Assembly: GCF_058153355.1 (NCBI RefSeq)
Contig: NZ_CM177019.1
Reading direction: 5' to 3' (one strand)
DNA: 64,000 bases
Shown here: positions 59,813 through 64,000 of the stretch, one piece after another
Position numbering within the stretch: position 1 is the first letter of the stretch
How the letters are laid out: every line of letters begins with the position of its first letter
Notes under the pieces: generated by a model
Told to the model about the DNA's origin: nothing
Seen by the model: the letters and a program-made list of their open reading frames with translations, nothing else
Databases searched by the model: none
Position numbers and translations under genes: made by a program

Positions 59813-60358
59813 TTACAGCTTGATAAAATGCTCGCGGTAGTAAGCCAGTTCTGCCACCGACTCACGGATATCATCCATCGCCTGATGCGTCCCCTGCTTG
59901 GTAAAGCCGTCAAGAATTTCCGGCTTCCAGCGGCGCGCCAGCTCTTTCAGTGTGCTGACATCCAGATAACGGTAGTGGAAGTAGGCTTCCAGCTCCGGCA
60001 TGTATTTAAACAGGAAGCGACGATCCTGGCCGATGCTGTTACCGCAAATCGGCGATTTTCCCGCAGGCACCCACTGTTTTAAGAATTCGAGCGTTGCCAG
60101 TTCAGCTTCACGATCGCCCATTGTGCTCGCTTTCACGCGCTCCACCAGCCCGCTGGCGGTATGGGTGCGCACGTTCCAGTCATCCATCAGCGCCAGCTGT
60201 TCATCAGACTGGTGTACTGCAATGGTCGGCCCTTCTGCCAGAATATTCAGGTTGGCATCGGTCACCAGCGTGGCAATCTCAATAATGCGATCGCGCTCGG
60301 GATCCAGACCGGTCATCTCAAGATCGATCCAAATCAGGTTGTTTTCATTGGCACTCAT
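59813..60358 (-). CDS. orn: oligoribonuclease
   Basis: 181 aa from [23 protein letters not shown]; DEDDh exonuclease. Confidence 0.95.
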
Positions 60359-60452
60359 GCTATTTTCCACCCATTCACAGTGACTATATTGATCCACAAT
60401 TGCGTGTATCATAGATGTTTTGCCCATCAGGGGCGACCAGGAGTCAGTACGA

Positions 60453-61505
60453 TTGAGTAAAAATAAACTCTCCAAAGGCCAGCAGCGCCGCGTGAACGCC
60501 AATCACCAGCGTCGTCTTAAAACGTCTAAGGAGAAGCCCGACTACGACGACAATCTGTTTGGCGAGCCTGATGAAGGTATCGTCATCAGCCGCTTTGGTA
60601 TGCACGCTGATGTGGAATCCGCCGATGGCGACGTTCACCGCTGCAATATTCGCCGTACCATCCGTTCGCTGGTGACCGGCGATCGCGTAGTCTGGCGTCC
60701 GGGTAAACCGGCGGCGGAAGGCGTAAATGTCAAAGGGATCGTGGAAGCGGTGCATGAGCGCACCTCGGTGTTAACGCGCCCGGATTTCTACGACGGTGTG
60801 AAACCCATTGCTGCCAACATCGACCAGATTGTCATTGTCTCCGCGATTTTGCCGGAGCTGTCGCTCAATATTATCGACCGTTACCTGGTGGCCTGCGAAA
60901 CCTTGCAGATTGAGCCGATTATTGTGCTCAACAAGATAGACCTGCTGGACGACGAAGGCATGGAATTCGTCAACGAGCAGATGGATATCTACCGCAATAT
61001 CGGTTATCGCGTATTGATGGTTTCCAGTCATACTCAGGATGGACTGAAACCGCTGGAAGAGGCGTTGACCGGGCGCATCAGTATTTTTGCCGGGCAGTCT
61101 GGCGTCGGCAAATCCAGCCTGCTGAACGCGTTGCTGGGGCTGCAAAAAGAGATCCTGACCAACGACGTCTCGGATAACTCGGGGCTTGGTCAGCACACCA
61201 CGACTGCCGCGCGGCTGTATCACTTCCCGCACGGCGGTGATGTGATTGATTCCCCAGGTGTGCGTGAGTTTGGTCTCTGGCATCTGGAACCGGAACAAAT
61301 TACTCGGGGTTTTGTCGAATTCCATGACTACTTAGGTCTGTGTAAATATCGCGATTGCAAACACGATACCGATCCGGGCTGCGCTATCCGGGAAGCGGTT
61401 GAGGAAGGGAAAATCGCGGAAACCCGTTTCGAAAACTATCACCGTATTCTGGAAAGCATGGCGCAGGTAAAAACGCGTAAAAACTTTTCTGATACGGATG
61501 ACTGA
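60453..61505 (+). CDS. rsgA: ribosome small-subunit biogenesis GTPase RsgA
   Basis: 350 aa from apparent TTG start ([13 protein letters not shown]); G motifs NKIDLL and [13 protein letters not shown]-terminal zinc-binding Cys. Confidence 0.92.
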
Positions 61506-61601
61506 CAATTAAGCTAACCGTCGTTAGAATCGTCCCCTTTTTTTCAGGATCCGGCATGTAGGCCGGATCAGGAACGACAAAACAATGGCCTGGAGGCTAC
61601 C

Positions 61602-62570
61602 TTGTTAAATTCATTTAAACTTTCGCTACAGTACATTCTGCCGAAATTATGGCTTACTCGCCTGGCGGGTTGGGGCGCAAGCAAGCGGGCAGGATGGCTG
61701 ACAAAACTGGTTATCGATCTGTTCGTTAAATACTACAAGGTCGACATGAAAGAGGCGCAAAAGCCGGACACCGCCAGCTACCGCACCTTTAATGAATTCT
61801 TTGTCCGTCCGCTGCGTGACGAAGTACGCCCAATTGATACCGATCCTAATGTACTGGTCATGCCTGCCGATGGCGTTATCAGCCAGTTAGGTAAAATCGA
61901 AGAAGATAAAATCCTGCAAGCTAAAGGCCACAACTACAGCCTCGAAGCTCTGCTGGCAGGGAACTATCTGATGGCGGATCTTTTCCGTAACGGTACGTTT
62001 GTGACCACTTACCTCTCCCCGCGTGACTACCACCGCGTGCACATGCCGTGCAACGGTATTCTGCGTGAGATGATCTATGTGCCGGGCGATCTCTTCTCCG
62101 TTAACCATCTCACCGCTCAGAACGTGCCGAATCTGTTTGCCCGTAACGAACGCGTGATCTGCCTGTTCGATACCGAATTTGGCCCGATGGCGCAGATTCT
62201 GGTCGGGGCGACGATTGTTGGCAGCATTGAAACTGTCTGGGCGGGCACCATTACGCCGCCGCGCGAAGGCATCATCAAGCGCTGGACCTGGCCTGCCGGA
62301 GAAAACGACGGTTCAGTGGCGCTGCTGAAAGGCCAGGAAATGGGTCGCTTTAAACTCGGCTCTACCGTTATCAACCTGTTTGCACCGGGTAAAGTTAATC
62401 TGGTTGAGCAACTGGAAAGCCTGTCTGTCACGAAAATTGGTCAGCCGCTGGCAGTATCTACCGAAACCTTTGTTGCGCCAGACGCAGAACCTGCCCCGCT
62501 TCCTGCTGAAGAGATCGAGGCAGAACACGACGCCAGCCCATTGGTTGACGACAAAAAAGACCCGGTCTAA
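61602..62570 (+). CDS. psd: phosphatidylserine decarboxylase proenzyme
   Basis: 322 aa; first codon in this frame is TTG; LGST cleavage motif (FKLGSTVI). Confidence 0.95.
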   Translation: MLNSFKLSLQYILPKLWLTRLAGWGASKRAGWLTKLVIDLFVKYYKVDMKEAQKPDTASYRTFNEFFVRPLRDEVRPIDTDPNVLVMPADGVISQLGKIEEDKILQAKGHNYSLEALLAGNYLMADLFRNGTFVTTYLSPRDYHRVHMPCNGILREMIYVPGDLFSVNHLTAQNVPNLFARNERVICLFDTEFGPMAQILVGATIVGSIETVWAGTITPPREGIIKRWTWPAGENDGSVALLKGQEMGRFKLGSTVINLFAPGKVNLVEQLESLSVTKIGQPLAVSTETFVAPDAEPAPLPAEEIEAEHDASPLVDDKKDPV

Positions 62571-62591
62571 TCCATCAAAGGAAACGCTGAC

Positions 62592-64000
62592 GTGCGCCTG
62601 ATTATCACTTTTCTGATGGCCTGGTGCCTCAGTTGGGGGGCGTACGCCGCGACGGCCCCCGATAGTAAACAAATCACCCAGGAACTGGAGCAGGCAAAAG
62701 CGGCGAAACCCGCGCAGCCGGAAGTCGTAGAGGCACTCCAGTCCGCCTTAAATGCGCTTGAGGAACGAAAAGGTTCCCTTGAGCGCATCAAGCAATATCA
62801 AGAAGTCATTGATAATTACCCGAAACTTTCCGCTACTCTGCGCGCGCAATTAAACAACATGCGTGACGAGCCGCGCAGCGTATCGCCGGGAATGTCTACC
62901 GACGCGCTGAATCAGGAAATTCTCCAGGTCAGCAGTCAGTTACTGGATAAGAGCCGTCAGGCCCAGCAAGAGCAGGAGCGCGCCCGCGAGATTGCCGATT
63001 CGCTGAATCAACTGCCGCAACAGCAAACTGACGCCCGCCGCCAGTTGAATGAAATCGAGCGCCGCCTTGGAACGCTTACCGGCAATACCCCGCTTAATCA
63101 GGCGCAAAATTTTGCTTTGCAGTCTGACTCTGCGCGACTGAAGGCGCTCGTTGATGAACTGGAACTGGCACAGCTGTCTGCCAATAACAGGCAAGAATTA
63201 GCGCGCTTGCGCTCAGAGCTGGCAGAAAAAGAGAGCCAACAGCTGGATGCATATTTGCAGGCCTTGCGTAATCAGTTGAACAGCCAACGCCAGCTTGAGG
63301 CGGAGCGGGCGCTGGAAAGTACCGAATTGCTGGCAGAAAACAGCGCCGATTTGCCGAAAGATATCGTCGCGCAATTCAAAATTAACCGCGAGCTGTCGGC
63401 GGCGTTGAATCAACAGGCGCAGCGGATGGATCTCGTTGCCTCGCAACAGCGTCAGGCTGCCAGCCAGACGTTACAGGTCCGGCAGGCGTTGAATACGCTG
63501 CGTGAACAATCACAATGGCTGGGATCGTCCAACCTGCTCGGTGAAGCGTTGCGGGCGCAGGTGGCACGGCTACCGGAAATGCCGAAACCACAACAGCTTG
63601 ATACCGAAATGGCGCAGTTGCGTGTGCAACGGTTACGTTATGAGGATCTGCTCAATAAACAGCCGCTGCTACGGCAAATCCATCAGGCAGACGGTCAGCC
63701 GCTGACCGCCGAGCAAAACCGTATTCTGGAAGCACAGCTACGCACTCAGCGTGAGTTGCTGAACTCATTGTTGCAGGGTGGCGACACGTTACTGCTGGAG
63801 CTGACCAAGCTGAAAGTCTCCAACGGGCAACTGGAAGATGCGCTGAAAGAAGTGAATGAAGCGACGCACCGCTACCTGTTCTGGACTTCTGACGTGCGCC
63901 CGATGACCATCGCCTGGCCGCTGGAGATCGCTCAGGATCTGCGTCGTCTCATTTCGCTGGACACCTTCAGTCAGTTGGGCAAAGCCAGCGTAATGATGCT
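62592..64000 (+). CDS. mscM: mechanosensitive channel MscM (YjeP), 5' partial, continues past window end
   Basis: GTG start; signal peptide then long Gln/Leu-rich coiled-coil domain; open frame to end of window so absent from the ORF track. Confidence 0.85.
   Translation, partial: MRLIITFLMAWCLSWGAYAATAPDSKQITQELEQAKAAKPAQPEVVEALQSALNALEERKGSLERIKQYQEVIDNYPKLSATLRAQLNNMRDEPRSVSPGMSTDALNQEILQVSSQLLDKSRQAQQEQERAREIADSLNQLPQQQTDARRQLNEIERRLGTLTGNTPLNQAQNFALQSDSARLKALVDELELAQLSANNRQELARLRSELAEKESQQLDAYLQALRNQLNSQRQLEAERALESTELLAENSADLPKDIVAQFKINRELSAALNQQAQRMDLVASQQRQAASQTLQVRQALNTLREQSQWLGSSNLLGEALRAQVARLPEMPKPQQLDTEMAQLRVQRLRYEDLLNKQPLLRQIHQADGQPLTAEQNRILEAQLRTQRELLNSLLQGGDTLLLELTKLKVSNGQLEDALKEVNEATHRYLFWTSDVRPMTIAWPLEIAQDLRRLISLDTFSQLGKASVMM

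Noticed and set aside
61540-61580. REP-like fragment between rsgA and psd (ccggcatgtaggccggatca)
   Set aside because: Only a partial match to the REP consensus; too short to call with confidence.

Overview
This window reads as an Escherichia coli-type chromosome segment, colinear with the K-12 ytfJ-to-mscM(yjeP) region but in inverted orientation relative to K-12 numbering. All calls rest on reading the supplied ORF translations and the DNA by eye; no searches were run, and comparisons with K-12 are from memory. The backbone is ordinary core genome: ytfJ, ytfI-like, cysQ, cpdB, ytfH, qorB, ytfF, ytfE, cycA, fklB, ytfB, yjfZ, rpsF-priB-rpsR-rplI, yjfY, the complete ulaABCDEF/ulaG/ulaR ascorbate locus, yjfP, bsmA, yjfN, aidB, yjfC-M-L-K-J-I, rlmB, rnr, nsrR, purA, yjeT, hflCKX, hfq, miaA, mutL, amiB, tsaE, nnr, queG, three tandem tRNA-Gly(GCC), orn, rsgA, psd and the 5' part of mscM. 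Four blocks appear to be extra relative to the K-12 gene order: (1) a 2-TM potassium-channel-like gene with an RCK-like tail, inserted by start/stop overlap between yjfJ (PspA/IM30 family) and yjfK; (2) a tandem pair of paralogous secreted repeat proteins between ytfE and cycA; (3) a six-gene putative organic-acid catabolic operon with a divergent TetR regulator between ytfB and yjfZ; (4) a YagU-like inner membrane protein between yjfY and ulaF. No CRISPR array, IS element, integrase or phage gene was seen, and none of the extra genes shows nuclease, helicase or methyltransferase signatures. The channel embedded in the PspA-family operon is the strongest candidate for an undescribed system.
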